Shown in pieces: positions 49,807 to 59,272 of a stretch of DNA of 64,000 nucleotides. The stretch's first letter is position 1. Each line of letters starts with the position of its first letter. Both the position numbers and the translations under genes were made by a program. Origin of the DNA: a virus. The notes below the pieces were generated by a model. It worked only from the letters and a program-made list of their open reading frames with translations. It did no database searches and was not told the DNA's origin. The stretch lies in IMG/VR virus record IMGVR_UViG_3300024255_000001; one strand, written 5' to 3'.

Positions 49807-50397
49807 TTAATTTTCTGTGTTAAAAAAGAATGTTTGAAATAATCTACCTGTTTCCAGGTCTTTACCGAAATAATCTAATGATGCATGAAATAGATCGCCA
49901 GGATAAAGTACTAATCTATTATAGACATTACCTATAGTATCTACCAATTCCCACTTAGTGTAGTCTTGGCCATCCATATTAAGTTTGTCTAATAATTCAA
50001 AGTCTTTTTCTCCGTTTGCTAATCTAGGGCATGAAATAAGTCCGGTTTCTTTATGTCTATAAATACCAGTTCCTCCAGTAACAGGAGCATCTGGAGTCAA
50101 ATAACATACTCCTGCCCAGTCGTTCCAGCCATCACAATGAATCCAAGTTCTATCCGCTGCAGTTGTATATTGAAATGCACCACAATATTCTTCTTTGCCT
50201 TCTTGTGGCCAGATAGGTTCGCCGTGCACTCCTTTTAAATGATGTGTAATCCAATTTTTAATTGATGGTGATAGGAACGCTTGAGTCCTATGACCTGGAT
50301 AGTTACCGTCTACATTAAAGTCTTGTTGTAAAGCAAAGCCTCTAACATCATCCGGATTATCGTAAAAGTTGTCTATAATAATTGCGCTATATGCCAT
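49807..50397 (-). CDS. 2OG-Fe(II) oxygenase (DUF6445-like)
   Basis: IIIDNFYDNP, HCD metal ligands, YLTP...GGT, NRLVLY...FHAS and distal R. Confidence 0.8.
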   Translation of the reverse strand: MAYSAIIIDNFYDNPDDVRGFALQQDFNVDGNYPGHRTQAFLSPSIKNWITHHLKGVHGEPIWPQEGKEEYCGAFQYTTAADRTWIHCDGWNDWAGVCYLTPDAPVTGGTGIYRHKETGLISCPRLANGEKDFELLDKLNMDGQDYTKWELVDTIGNVYNRLVLYPGDLFHASLDYFGKDLETGRLFQTFFFNTEN

Positions 50398-52133
50398 TAG
50401 TAAATTGTTTTAATTCTTTCTTCAAATGATGGCGGGAATGACCCCTTTTTATTTATCAGGCTTCTAAAGCAAGCATCCAGGATATAGGTAACTGCCCAAT
50501 CATCTTTAGATCTGATACTACGACCAGCTCCCTGTTGAATAGCAATACCTGTTTTCCAATCATACCATCCTGGAAATGTTTTCATCTTGGCTTTCACAAG
50601 TGGATCGCCTAACGATGGATATGGTACTTTAAAGAAGATCTGAAATCTAGATTTATCGTCTTTAAGATCTAACCCTTCTAATAGAGATGGACCTAAAAGT
50701 ATTTTGCCTTCAGTTTTGTTAAACAGATCGATCGCGCCGCCCCTCTCCTTTGCCATGTCATAGGTAATAAAACTGAACTTATGTTTAGAATGTTGATTGA
50801 TGAAGTTCATGAAATCATAGGAACCTGCGTGAATAATTCCACTTTGACCTTTATGTTTCTCTAGGATTTTGTCTAAGGTCTTTACTACATGGGGGAGATT
50901 TTGTTCGCGTTCTCTAAAAGACAGTTTGTGCCTGTTGACGAAAACGATGGGGGATTTTTTGTAATCAAAATTATTGTTCATTCTAATAACCCTAGCATTA
51001 CCCATTGAAGTATGTTTCGCAAATGATTTAATATCACCTAATGTCGCTGACATGAATACTTTGAATCCTGATTTCTTTTGTAAGAATTTATCAATCATCA
51101 TTGCTTCCTCTAAACATAAGAACTTTACTTCAGTTTCTTTACGATCAATAACGATAGCGTCATTTCCGAGTTCTTTAATAATGTCATGATAGTCATCAAA
51201 CTTACACCATATATCTTTAAGTCTATCCATTCGCCCAAAAAAAGTCTGCCATTCTTTAGGAACATCTCCAGTTCGATACTGTAGTTTGCTGACCTTAAGA
51301 GCTGCAGTTCTGGCCTTGCGGTAAACCTTGGCAATACCTCTGAACTCGCTGATGTGCCTCATAAGCTCCTGGTGATCGTCTTCCCGCATTAAGCGGTCGA
51401 CTATATCTTCTATTCTGTTATCAGATACCCAGGCAGTTTGCAATCCATGCTTCTGTATAAACCTGTTTACTTCTTTAAATAACTTTGGTGTACCCACATC
51501 TATTCTAGGACTAAAGTGTGATTGTACTATACTGTCTACTTTATGTGCTTCATCAAAGAATACAAAGTCTCTCTTAGGAAATGGTACCTCTCTGTCTTGT
51601 TCTTGCATCTTATCCTCTACATAATTCCTTTGTATTAGATAATATGAATAGTTGAAGAGAGCTACAGGTAGCTCCTTCGCGCGCCGCCTAGCCTGAAGAT
51701 ACCCACAGGTTCCCCAGCATTTTAGTTTCTCGGCAGCTTCATACCCAATCCCTTTCATCTTACAATCTGCAAGAGAGAATGGCAGATCGTTTACATTACA
51801 ATTATAGTTGTCTACCCCTCTTATACTGGGCCAATCCAACTTTAGTCTTTTAAAGTCTTCTTCATACTGATCTTGTAGCATTAGATCAGAGGTTACTAAA
51901 TAACCTCTTTTACCGAGTTCTTTTAGGACGTGCGCGGACCACATAGCAATTAGTGATTTACCGCTTCCAGTTGGGGCATCTAAGATAATAGTTCCCTCTG
52001 GATCTTGAAGATAGTGATTGCAGATAGCTTCGACGACTTCTCTTTGCCCTGCTCTAAATTCAAAGCCTTGGCCAAATTTATTTGCCTTTAAGGCATCATC
52101 AATAATACTTTCTACTCGTCCGCGTTCCAACAT
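50397..52133 (-). CDS. DinG/XPD-family helicase with Fe-S cysteines
   Basis: DAPTGSGKS, four Cys, DEAH, MSAT, EGLD, KVPYP and QGAGRSIR. Confidence 0.9.
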   Translation of the reverse strand: MLERGRVESIIDDALKANKFGQGFEFRAGQREVVEAICNHYLQDPEGTIILDAPTGSGKSLIAMWSAHVLKELGKRGYLVTSDLMLQDQYEEDFKRLKLDWPSIRGVDNYNCNVNDLPFSLADCKMKGIGYEAAEKLKCWGTCGYLQARRRAKELPVALFNYSYYLIQRNYVEDKMQEQDREVPFPKRDFVFFDEAHKVDSIVQSHFSPRIDVGTPKLFKEVNRFIQKHGLQTAWVSDNRIEDIVDRLMREDDHQELMRHISEFRGIAKVYRKARTAALKVSKLQYRTGDVPKEWQTFFGRMDRLKDIWCKFDDYHDIIKELGNDAIVIDRKETEVKFLCLEEAMMIDKFLQKKSGFKVFMSATLGDIKSFAKHTSMGNARVIRMNNNFDYKKSPIVFVNRHKLSFREREQNLPHVVKTLDKILEKHKGQSGIIHAGSYDFMNFINQHSKHKFSFITYDMAKERGGAIDLFNKTEGKILLGPSLLEGLDLKDDKSRFQIFFKVPYPSLGDPLVKAKMKTFPGWYDWKTGIAIQQGAGRSIRSKDDWAVTYILDACFRSLINKKGSFPPSFEERIKTIY

Positions 52134-52621
52134 ATAACCTCTTTAACTTCGATACCTGCCTTTTCTAAGAGTCCTATGCCAGACATATCTCTATAATCCT
52201 CTGAAAAGAATACTCTTTTAATACCTGATTGAATAATTAATTTTGCGCAATCAAAACATGGACATGTAGTGATATACATATCTGCGCCTTCTGCACTTAA
52301 TGTAGATTTACTTACCTTTGCTAGAGCATTAGACTCTGCATGTAAGACCTCTCTTTTAGTTACCTCTTTAGAACAACATGAGTCATCGCAATCATAACCC
52401 TTTTCTTCTAGGACTTGTTTATGATTTTCATTCTCAATCTCTCTGACTTGTTCCTCTTCACAGTTGTTATCAAAGCCATGTGGCGTACCGTTATATCCAG
52501 TTGATATTACCTGTGTATCTTTTACAATAATACAACCAACGCGCCTACGTTTAGCATACGAGAGCTTAGCTATCTGATAAGCCATCTGCATATAAATTAA
52601 GTCTACGGGTATTCTTGGCAT
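52112..52621 (-). CDS. dCMP deaminase
   Basis: STGYNGTP, HAESNA and PCFDC. Confidence 0.93.
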   Translation of the reverse strand: MPRIPVDLIYMQMAYQIAKLSYAKRRRVGCIIVKDTQVISTGYNGTPHGFDNNCEEEQVREIENENHKQVLEEKGYDCDDSCCSKEVTKREVLHAESNALAKVSKSTLSAEGADMYITTCPCFDCAKLIIQSGIKRVFFSEDYRDMSGIGLLEKAGIEVKEVICWNADE

Positions 52622-52624
52622 ACT

Positions 52625-52662
52625 AAAAAAGTCTATGTATTCAATTAATTATACATAGACTT
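52625..52662 (-). terminator. Hairpin + U-tract overlapping a middle promoter
   Basis: 12-bp inverted repeat AAGTCTATGTAT/ATACATAGACTT, followed by a T-run on the minus strand. Confidence 0.6.
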
Positions 52663-52675
52663 CTCTAAAAGTTTC
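52649..52675 (-). promoter_or_regulatory. Putative middle promoter GAAAC-N17-TATAA (dCMP deaminase/DinG operon)
   Basis: Exact recurrent motif. Confidence 0.65.
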
Positions 52676-52750
52676 TAAATGTGTGTACCTAATATGCAGG
52701 CTTCCAGGGTTTAATCCAATATTCCCAGAAAATTTGTTTTGCCTTTTTCA

Positions 52751-53368
52751 TTAGTATTCAAATGGTGGAGCTATATCATCATCCTTTTCCATACCGTACC
52801 ACACGCCCTTGGATTGCCAGTAGAACCATCCGTACTTATCGTCAATAACTACTTCAAATTTACCTTTAGGTATATCTACAGACTTCTTAGGAGCTCTTGC
52901 GATATACTTAAGTACTGGTACGCCATCATCCCAGGTTTTCTTAGTAGACCTTGCGTCTACTGTTTCACCATCACCGAATGCCATGTGATATTCTGCACCT
53001 TCAATCTCTTGAGCTAATAACATTGTAGGAGTTGCGTCAGATTCTAATAGAACTGATTCGTTTCTTTCTCTTTTATATGCTTGTTGTAACTCTTTAAATT
53101 CTGCTTTTAGTTTAGAACCAATGGTTTTCTTAATACCCCAGTAGTCACCAAAGATTAGGGGAGCCACTGCGCCCATACCAGCCTTTTGAACTTGGTTAGC
53201 ATATTTTCTAGCATAGACAGATCTATCAAACCAGTCTAATGCAGCTTGAGCCATTTCTTTAGAGATCTTCTGACCTTCAATTTCAGAGGTGCTACCGTTA
53301 GCTACCATTTTAAATAGTTTCTTTGCTGGAGCCTGTCTTGCCTCGTTAAGTGGTTTAATATATTTCAT
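52751..53368 (-). CDS. Putative capsid-targeted two-module protein
   Basis: MKYIKPLNE N-terminus; internal NESVLLE linker. Confidence 0.65.
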   Translation of the reverse strand: MKYIKPLNEARQAPAKKLFKMVANGSTSEIEGQKISKEMAQAALDWFDRSVYARKYANQVQKAGMGAVAPLIFGDYWGIKKTIGSKLKAEFKELQQAYKRERNESVLLESDATPTMLLAQEIEGAEYHMAFGDGETVDARSTKKTWDDGVPVLKYIARAPKKSVDIPKGKFEVVIDDKYGWFYWQSKGVWYGMEKDDDIAPPFEY

Positions 53369-53369
53369 A

Positions 53370-54029
53370 TTATTCTTTACCTGCGCCGTATGTTTCTTTT
53401 AACTCGTCTATCTTTTTAGCATAAGCCTCTTTCATCTCATTACAGTGAGCCTCATACATTTCTTGAGTTAATTCTGTTTCTTTAACTTCACCATAACTTT
53501 CTTCCATTGCCTTTGCAGCAAGAGTCGCTACTAGAGCAGCATTCTCTTTCATATACATTTCTAATGTGTGGTCTTGGTATTCGTCATTCTCATAAGCACA
53601 TGCAGCTTCTTTTACTTTTGCATAGCCTTCAACTAACATTTCTTCTACTGTTGATGGAGCTTCTGCTTCTCCTTCTGATTCAACTTCTTCAACTTCTTCT
53701 TCATGAGCTTCTTCAGAATCTTCTTCATCATCATCTTCATCTTCGTCGTCATCGTCGTCGTCTTCATCATCGTCATCGTCGTCATCTTCGTCAGAATCGT
53801 CGTCATCAGACTCTTCAGAATCATCAATATCGTCGTCAGAATCATCTTCTTCGTCTTCTATTTCTTCAGCAGGTAATTCAGTGCCTTCTTCACACTCTAA
53901 ACAATTACCTTCTTCGTCGGTACCACATGGGCACTCTTCGTTTTCTACTTCTTCTGTAGTATCTACGTTATCTTGCCCAGCCTTTAACTGAACTTGATAC
54001 TCTTCGAATGATAGGATTTTTTTAGCCAT
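53370..54029 (-). CDS. Highly acidic protein, putative prohead core/scaffold
   Basis: MAKKILSFEEY N-terminus, long D/E tract and CPC...CLEC; GATATATA upstream. Confidence 0.6.
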   Translation of the reverse strand: MAKKILSFEEYQVQLKAGQDNVDTTEEVENEECPCGTDEEGNCLECEEGTELPAEEIEDEEDDSDDDIDDSEESDDDDSDEDDDDDDDEDDDDDDEDEDDDEEDSEEAHEEEVEEVESEGEAEAPSTVEEMLVEGYAKVKEAACAYENDEYQDHTLEMYMKENAALVATLAAKAMEESYGEVKETELTQEMYEAHCNEMKEAYAKKIDELKETYGAGKE

Positions 54030-54050
54030 TTTTATATTGTTTTATTTAAT

Positions 54051-54058
54051 TATATATC
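54051..54058 (-). promoter_or_regulatory. Putative late promoter GATATATA
   Basis: Intergenic, 21 nt before the ATG at 54029. Confidence 0.7.
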
Positions 54059-54080
54059 AATTTTTTATTATAGTTGTTAA

Positions 54081-55853
54081 TTATACTTGGTTTGTAAATT
54101 TTACGCGTTCATCTGTGTTGTGGAATAATATACCATCAGCCATATAGACGTCTTCAGTTTCTACGTCAATTGAATATGTATTAACAGTTTCCGTAACATA
54201 CTCAGTGCTGGTTACCTTTACCCACCCGTTTGCACTGTAGAATGAATCTCCAACTATAACATCAGCTGCCTGCTTAAACGAAATATCATTACCAACATTC
54301 ATTACTAGGATAGGGTGTTCACCAGTTACCTTTGTTAAACCGTTATTAAAGTTATGATATGCAGTATGCTGACCTGCGATTACTCTAGTAACGGTTGCGC
54401 TACTTGAGCTAGCTGAGAATTGATTAATTTGACTTGAGTATTCTTCCCAAGTTGATTTTGTTCCATCATCGCCTAACCCTGTAATATCATAAGAGGCTAG
54501 AACGTCACCCACTTGCAGATCTTCTACTAGTTTAGTTGTACCATCAGCCAAATTCATTACTGTACCTTCTACGTGACATGGTTCCCATGCAAAGGAGATG
54601 CTGTCTACACTAGTCGAATCCAATGTGAAACTACTACCTGAGTTAAAATCAATAGTTAAATTCTCCCCGTTGCTGGTGTTATTTGAACCTTCATTAATCC
54701 AAGCAGTTACCTGTCCATTATTTACAGAAACTGAGTCAATATATGAATTAGCAGGACTGCTCGGATTTTCTACATTAAAATAGATGTAGTTTCCGTTACT
54801 ATCCGTCTCGGATATATCTACATGATAATCGCCATTCCAATTAAAGCTAGCTATTACTGGTCCGGTACCTTGCATGTCACCAGGTTGCCCACTGTAATTT
54901 ACCGCGGTAAATTCAAAATGCAATTCAGGTATCGGCGCTGACGTCGTCGTTATAGATGTAATAGGAGCTGTAATTAAAACAGAACACCAGTGGCTTGTAT
55001 CATCTGGATGTCTAACAATTAAATAAATTTGATTAGCCGGCAACCCGTTGAACTCAGCAGCTTGTGTGCTAGCACTCTCTTCTGTATAAGGTTGACTTTT
55101 TAAAAGCCCACCACTATTAGCATTTGGATCAACATGTTCATAAGAAACCTGTACCTGTCCAGTACTCGGAGAATTATTAACTGTTAAATTTTCAACCCAA
55201 TATGGAGTAATACTCGACTGGTGATTAGAATCATCCGGTTTAGTATATGCCCAATATACATCATTATCTTTTACTAGAGTTGCATCAGGGTCTAGCGTAA
55301 AAGTATATGTTGTTGCCGCGTCTGGCGATTGACTTGAATTATTATCACTATATTCACTACCTCCTTGGCCAGAAATATGTTCTGCTACAACAGTAGCATT
55401 ACTGGACGCTAATAAAATACTATTAAGTGGCGCAGCTGTAGTTGTCGCAGCTGTAGTTGTCGTTGTTTCCTCTAATGTTGTAGTCGTTTCTTCAGCTGTA
55501 GTTGTCGTTGTTTCCTCTAATGTTGTAGTCGTTTCTTCAGCTGTAGTTGTCGTTGTTTCCTCTAATGTTGTAGTCGTTGTAGTCGCACTGACTGTACCAT
55601 CCCCAGTTTGTGTAATAGTAAAACTATCTACTAATGTGTTATCATTAACATAGTTCCAATGCCTTACTTCCCATTGAGATGTTCTAGTCGCGCCAGTATC
55701 GTTATCTTGAATAGAAAAGTCTGATGTACCTGTAGTTACTGTATCAGATCTTGTGATCCACGATACACTATTCACATTAACCCATGTAAAATTTGGATTT
55801 GATGTAGTATTATTTCCTGTATAAGTAACAGATCTTTGAATTATTGAAGGCAT
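54081..55853 (-). CDS. Virion-type protein: BACON-like domain, Thr/Glu linker, C-terminal Hint (intein-like) domain
   Basis: CHVEGT...VEDLQVGD, block B VTGEHP, and TYSIDVE...GILFHN-T; AATATATA upstream. Confidence 0.8.
   Translation of the reverse strand: MPSIIQRSVTYTGNNTTSNPNFTWVNVNSVSWITRSDTVTTGTSDFSIQDNDTGATRTSQWEVRHWNYVNDNTLVDSFTITQTGDGTVSATTTTTTLEETTTTTAEETTTTLEETTTTTAEETTTTLEETTTTTAATTTAAPLNSILLASSNATVVAEHISGQGGSEYSDNNSSQSPDAATTYTFTLDPDATLVKDNDVYWAYTKPDDSNHQSSITPYWVENLTVNNSPSTGQVQVSYEHVDPNANSGGLLKSQPYTEESASTQAAEFNGLPANQIYLIVRHPDDTSHWCSVLITAPITSITTTSAPIPELHFEFTAVNYSGQPGDMQGTGPVIASFNWNGDYHVDISETDSNGNYIYFNVENPSSPANSYIDSVSVNNGQVTAWINEGSNNTSNGENLTIDFNSGSSFTLDSTSVDSISFAWEPCHVEGTVMNLADGTTKLVEDLQVGDVLASYDITGLGDDGTKSTWEEYSSQINQFSASSSSATVTRVIAGQHTAYHNFNNGLTKVTGEHPILVMNVGNDISFKQAADVIVGDSFYSANGWVKVTSTEYVTETVNTYSIDVETEDVYMADGILFHNTDERVKFTNQV
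55448..55578 (-). repeat. 45-nt tandem repeat x3 encoding TTTTLEETTTTTAEE
   Basis: Units start at 55448, 55493 and 55538. Confidence 0.9.
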
Positions 55854-55890
55854 ATTGACTTTATTCTATTTTTATATATATTACTTTTTA

Positions 55891-57408
55891 TTAACTACTG
55901 TATACACTAGGCGCACCTATTGTGTTTTGCCAGTTCATATTAAATGTTAATCTATTTGTTGATGCACTATATGATGCTGTAGGTTCATACCCTGGTGGGT
56001 TGTTTTGGGTAAAACTATAAATTGTGCCTCCTATCCAATCTGTTGGATCTAAAACATTTAAGAAAGCTGCATACCCTGCACCAACTCCATCAATACTTCC
56101 ATCCAGTGATGATGGAACTGTATAATAGTGAGTCTTCCCATATATTGACATACCGATACGATTACCCGTTCTAGGGACACCTGTCAATTCCCATTGATAT
56201 GAACGACCCGTGCTATAACTAGTACCACTTGTCGCGACTGTTGTAAAGTCAAGTAGTGGTTCAGTTGTCGTTGTAAGCCCACTACAATCTATTGCAGTCG
56301 CCGGCGATGAGTGGTTTACAATATGATTATTATACTGGAATCCAGGTTCAGTGCTACTTACTATTTTATAGAAAACACCAGAAGATCCGTTATACTCGTC
56401 ATCGTTCATAATAGCAGTTGTAAGAGTACTCAATGTCGCCAATCCGGTTTCTGGGGCTTCATACGTAGCTGTTTTAGGATTATTAGTGAGTGCACATGTA
56501 CTATATTGGTAGTAATTACCTGAAATATAACTAACAGTATATAGTGTTGGATATGATGTATCGTTTATATCTACTGCAGTCTGTACATTTCCGGTTGAAT
56601 AACCATTCTCATCGGTTGCATATAAACTAAATGTTAAGGTTTCAGAACCTTCTAGCTTGTTATCATTCTTTACTGTTATTGTATGGCTACCAGTATTACT
56701 ATTCATAGTTACCCAATTACCCCAAGAAGAACCGCTTGGCGAATCTCCCGCACCTGCACCAGACGACCAACCAGACGTTATATCATCTTGGTTAACAGCA
56801 TCTGGTAAATTAGAATACATATTCACCCATACACGACTTCCGTTAGCTATATTACTACCAGTTACTGTTATTGTAATCTGTTGTCCTTCATCAACTGTAC
56901 CTGATGGGTTTGCTGTAATATTGCTATAAGTTGGCGTTGGTGCTACATACTGTGTTGTTGGTGCTACATATTGTGTTGTTGGTGCTACATATTGTGTTGT
57001 TGGTGCTACATATTGTGTTGTTGGCGTCGGAGCTTGTGTTGTTGGCGTCGGAGCCTGTGTTGTTGGCGCTTGTGTTGTTGGCGTCGGAGCTAAAGTGGTA
57101 ACATTAATAGTTCCATTTGCATCCGCATGTTGTGTAATTGTAAATTGCTTACTTAAACCTGGATCATTCGGATAAGCTGAAGCTTGCCAGTGGTTTACTT
57201 CATAAGTTACTGCTCTAGTTGCACCGGATGCACCTGTAGTCCAATCTTCTACTTCAAATTGCCAAATATCAGATGACGCCTCTGTTGCTGTTACCCAGCC
57301 GCTACCACCAGAAGTCCACGTTGCAGTCCAGGTATATCTATCAGTTCCCTCTGGAATCTGATCTAGATCACCATTAAATTCTACTACTTTTTGAATTGTT
57401 ACTGACAT
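55891..57408 (-). CDS. Virion-type adhesin: BACON-like, PTTQ repeats, Calx-beta-like domain
   Basis: GWVTAT...GATRAV; PTTQAPT/PTTQYVA repeats; VDEGQQITITV...NDNKLEGSETLTFSL. Confidence 0.7.
   Translation of the reverse strand: MSVTIQKVVEFNGDLDQIPEGTDRYTWTATWTSGGSGWVTATEASSDIWQFEVEDWTTGASGATRAVTYEVNHWQASAYPNDPGLSKQFTITQHADANGTINVTTLAPTPTTQAPTTQAPTPTTQAPTPTTQYVAPTTQYVAPTTQYVAPTTQYVAPTPTYSNITANPSGTVDEGQQITITVTGSNIANGSRVWVNMYSNLPDAVNQDDITSGWSSGAGAGDSPSGSSWGNWVTMNSNTGSHTITVKNDNKLEGSETLTFSLYATDENGYSTGNVQTAVDINDTSYPTLYTVSYISGNYYQYSTCALTNNPKTATYEAPETGLATLSTLTTAIMNDDEYNGSSGVFYKIVSSTEPGFQYNNHIVNHSSPATAIDCSGLTTTTEPLLDFTTVATSGTSYSTGRSYQWELTGVPRTGNRIGMSIYGKTHYYTVPSSLDGSIDGVGAGYAAFLNVLDPTDWIGGTIYSFTQNNPPGYEPTASYSASTNRLTFNMNWQNTIGAPSVYSS
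56930..57090 (-). repeat. 21-nt tandem repeats encoding PTTQYVA and PTPTTQA
   Basis: Direct repeats visible in the DNA; the PTPTTQA unit is identical to that at 12772-12845. Confidence 0.9.
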
Positions 57409-57424
57409 AATTATTATTTAATTT

Positions 57425-59269
57425 TTATAGTGTTTTAATTTGGTTATCCTTCATCCACGCCTCTAGCTTCTCAACAGCTGCGTTAAATACTCTACTTCTG
57501 TTAGTTTCCATACCGAAGTTATTAAAGTATTCTTTCATTAGATAGTACGCTGGTTCAATTGACTCACCGTTAGCTTCCATATCTCTAATATGTTTACTAA
57601 CTTCTAATGCTGCTACCGCACCTTGCCAGAAGAACATAGTGTAACCAGTTATATCATTCCAGAATCTTTGGATAAATTTGTAACCCATTTCACCGAACTC
57701 TTTCTTACCTTTATCATCATAAGCATATAGTTCAGATCTAGTCTTGTTGTCAAAAGAGCCCAACCAAATAGACATATAATGGTGTTCACTTTTATAGACC
57801 TTTTCCATAAAACCACCATCAATAATCTCTTTTGATTTTACTTTAATCCATTTTGGAAATTTAATCTTACCATTCTCTTTAACCCAATTGCCATACTCAT
57901 AAGAGCTTAGACTTTCGTTAACTGATTCTGGTAGAGGTATTGAATCTTCGTATCTTAGTTTTTTATATAGTTGATTAGATAGAATATAGTTGCTAGCAAA
58001 ATCTTCTAATTCTTTTTCACTACCAAACCTACGACCACCTACATCAATATCATGTCCTTTATAGTAAAGGTTGTAATGTGCACCCTTTGAGTCCTCTTTA
58101 GTTTTAAGATAAACTATATCATCATTACCAATATATTTCTTTGGCATTTTAGCTTCATCTACTGACTCGCTAAATAGAGTTTCTCCAGTATTAGACTCAA
58201 CACTTATTACAGCATTAGGATATTGTTTTTGTAATTCATTAAATACTGCAGGAACTGCAGCTGGTGTATCAACTAATTCTTGTTTAACAACCATACCACT
58301 ATTAATTACTACAATACTTACAGGATAACTTCCTTTCTTTGCAGCTTTATGGATTGCACCTCTTTTAGCTTCATGTAGTGGTTTAATGTATTTCATTTGT
58401 TTTGACTCTTTCATAGCGTCTATTTCTTTTGATTTTTCAATTGCCCAATCAACACCTTCGTCGCCACCCCAGATTAACCAGGCTACATAGCCTCTATCTT
58501 TCCATGGAGTATCTTTATGTTCTGGTGCAATTGATGAATTTTTTCTGTGTCTATTAAATGCAGACATTCTCTTAACTGTATCTGCTGAGATCTTTTCACC
58601 TTTAGCTAGTTGATGAGCTCTTGCCCAACCAACTGGAGTTCCAGCAGGTACTTCATCTCTACCATACTTCTCTTTCCAATCAATAGCCATTTGTGCATTC
58701 TTCTTTGCAGCAGCTGGATAATCATCATAAGAGTCTTCTTCGTTTAAGACAGATTCTTTAATAATATTATGTAAGACCATTGAGTGGTAAATATCAGAAC
58801 CAACGCCTTTTAAATCTTCACTACCTAAATGAGTCTTACCATGATTCTTAATATAATTATCTTCTAGATATTTAATCTTTTCATCTTTAGACATTCTATT
58901 AATCTTGGCTCTATTCTTGTAAACCCATTTTTGAAATTGTAAAAGGGAAAAAGAATTGTAAAGAGGCTCTTGTAAACTTTCATCCATTTTATCGATTAGG
59001 TCTTGTCTATCTAATTGTTTATAGACTTCTTTTCTTACCTTCTCCATCTTCTCTGCGTACTTAGGATCATCACCTCTATTAAAAACTATTTGTTGAGTTA
59101 AAGAACCACTAATCTTCTTTACATCCTTCTTTCTGGTCTTAATTAACCATGCTGCAAGATCCTTGATACCTAGGTCTTTAAATCTACCTTCGGCATCAGG
59201 AGCATCCGAGTGATGAAACTCAGGAGCGCCTTTTGGCTTCTTTTCGTTAAGTGGTTTTATGTGCCTCAT
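57425..59269 (-). CDS. Putative capsid-targeted polyprotein (about six modules)
   Basis: MRHIKPLNE start, internal MKYIKPLHE, and linkers ESLQE, ESVLNE, ESVDE, ESVNE. Confidence 0.65.
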   Translation of the reverse strand: MRHIKPLNEKKPKGAPEFHHSDAPDAEGRFKDLGIKDLAAWLIKTRKKDVKKISGSLTQQIVFNRGDDPKYAEKMEKVRKEVYKQLDRQDLIDKMDESLQEPLYNSFSLLQFQKWVYKNRAKINRMSKDEKIKYLEDNYIKNHGKTHLGSEDLKGVGSDIYHSMVLHNIIKESVLNEEDSYDDYPAAAKKNAQMAIDWKEKYGRDEVPAGTPVGWARAHQLAKGEKISADTVKRMSAFNRHRKNSSIAPEHKDTPWKDRGYVAWLIWGGDEGVDWAIEKSKEIDAMKESKQMKYIKPLHEAKRGAIHKAAKKGSYPVSIVVINSGMVVKQELVDTPAAVPAVFNELQKQYPNAVISVESNTGETLFSESVDEAKMPKKYIGNDDIVYLKTKEDSKGAHYNLYYKGHDIDVGGRRFGSEKELEDFASNYILSNQLYKKLRYEDSIPLPESVNESLSSYEYGNWVKENGKIKFPKWIKVKSKEIIDGGFMEKVYKSEHHYMSIWLGSFDNKTRSELYAYDDKGKKEFGEMGYKFIQRFWNDITGYTMFFWQGAVAALEVSKHIRDMEANGESIEPAYYLMKEYFNNFGMETNRSRVFNAAVEKLEAWMKDNQIKTL

Positions 59270-59272
59270 ATT

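Noticed and set aside
54117-54578. Hint domain as a mobile homing intein
   Set aside because: No endonuclease insert, and it sits at the extreme C-terminus of a non-conserved protein; it fits a bacterial intein-like domain better.
12772-57090. 21- and 45-nt tandem repeats as CRISPR arrays
   Set aside because: No unique spacers, unit lengths are multiples of three and in frame within genes, and there are no cas genes.
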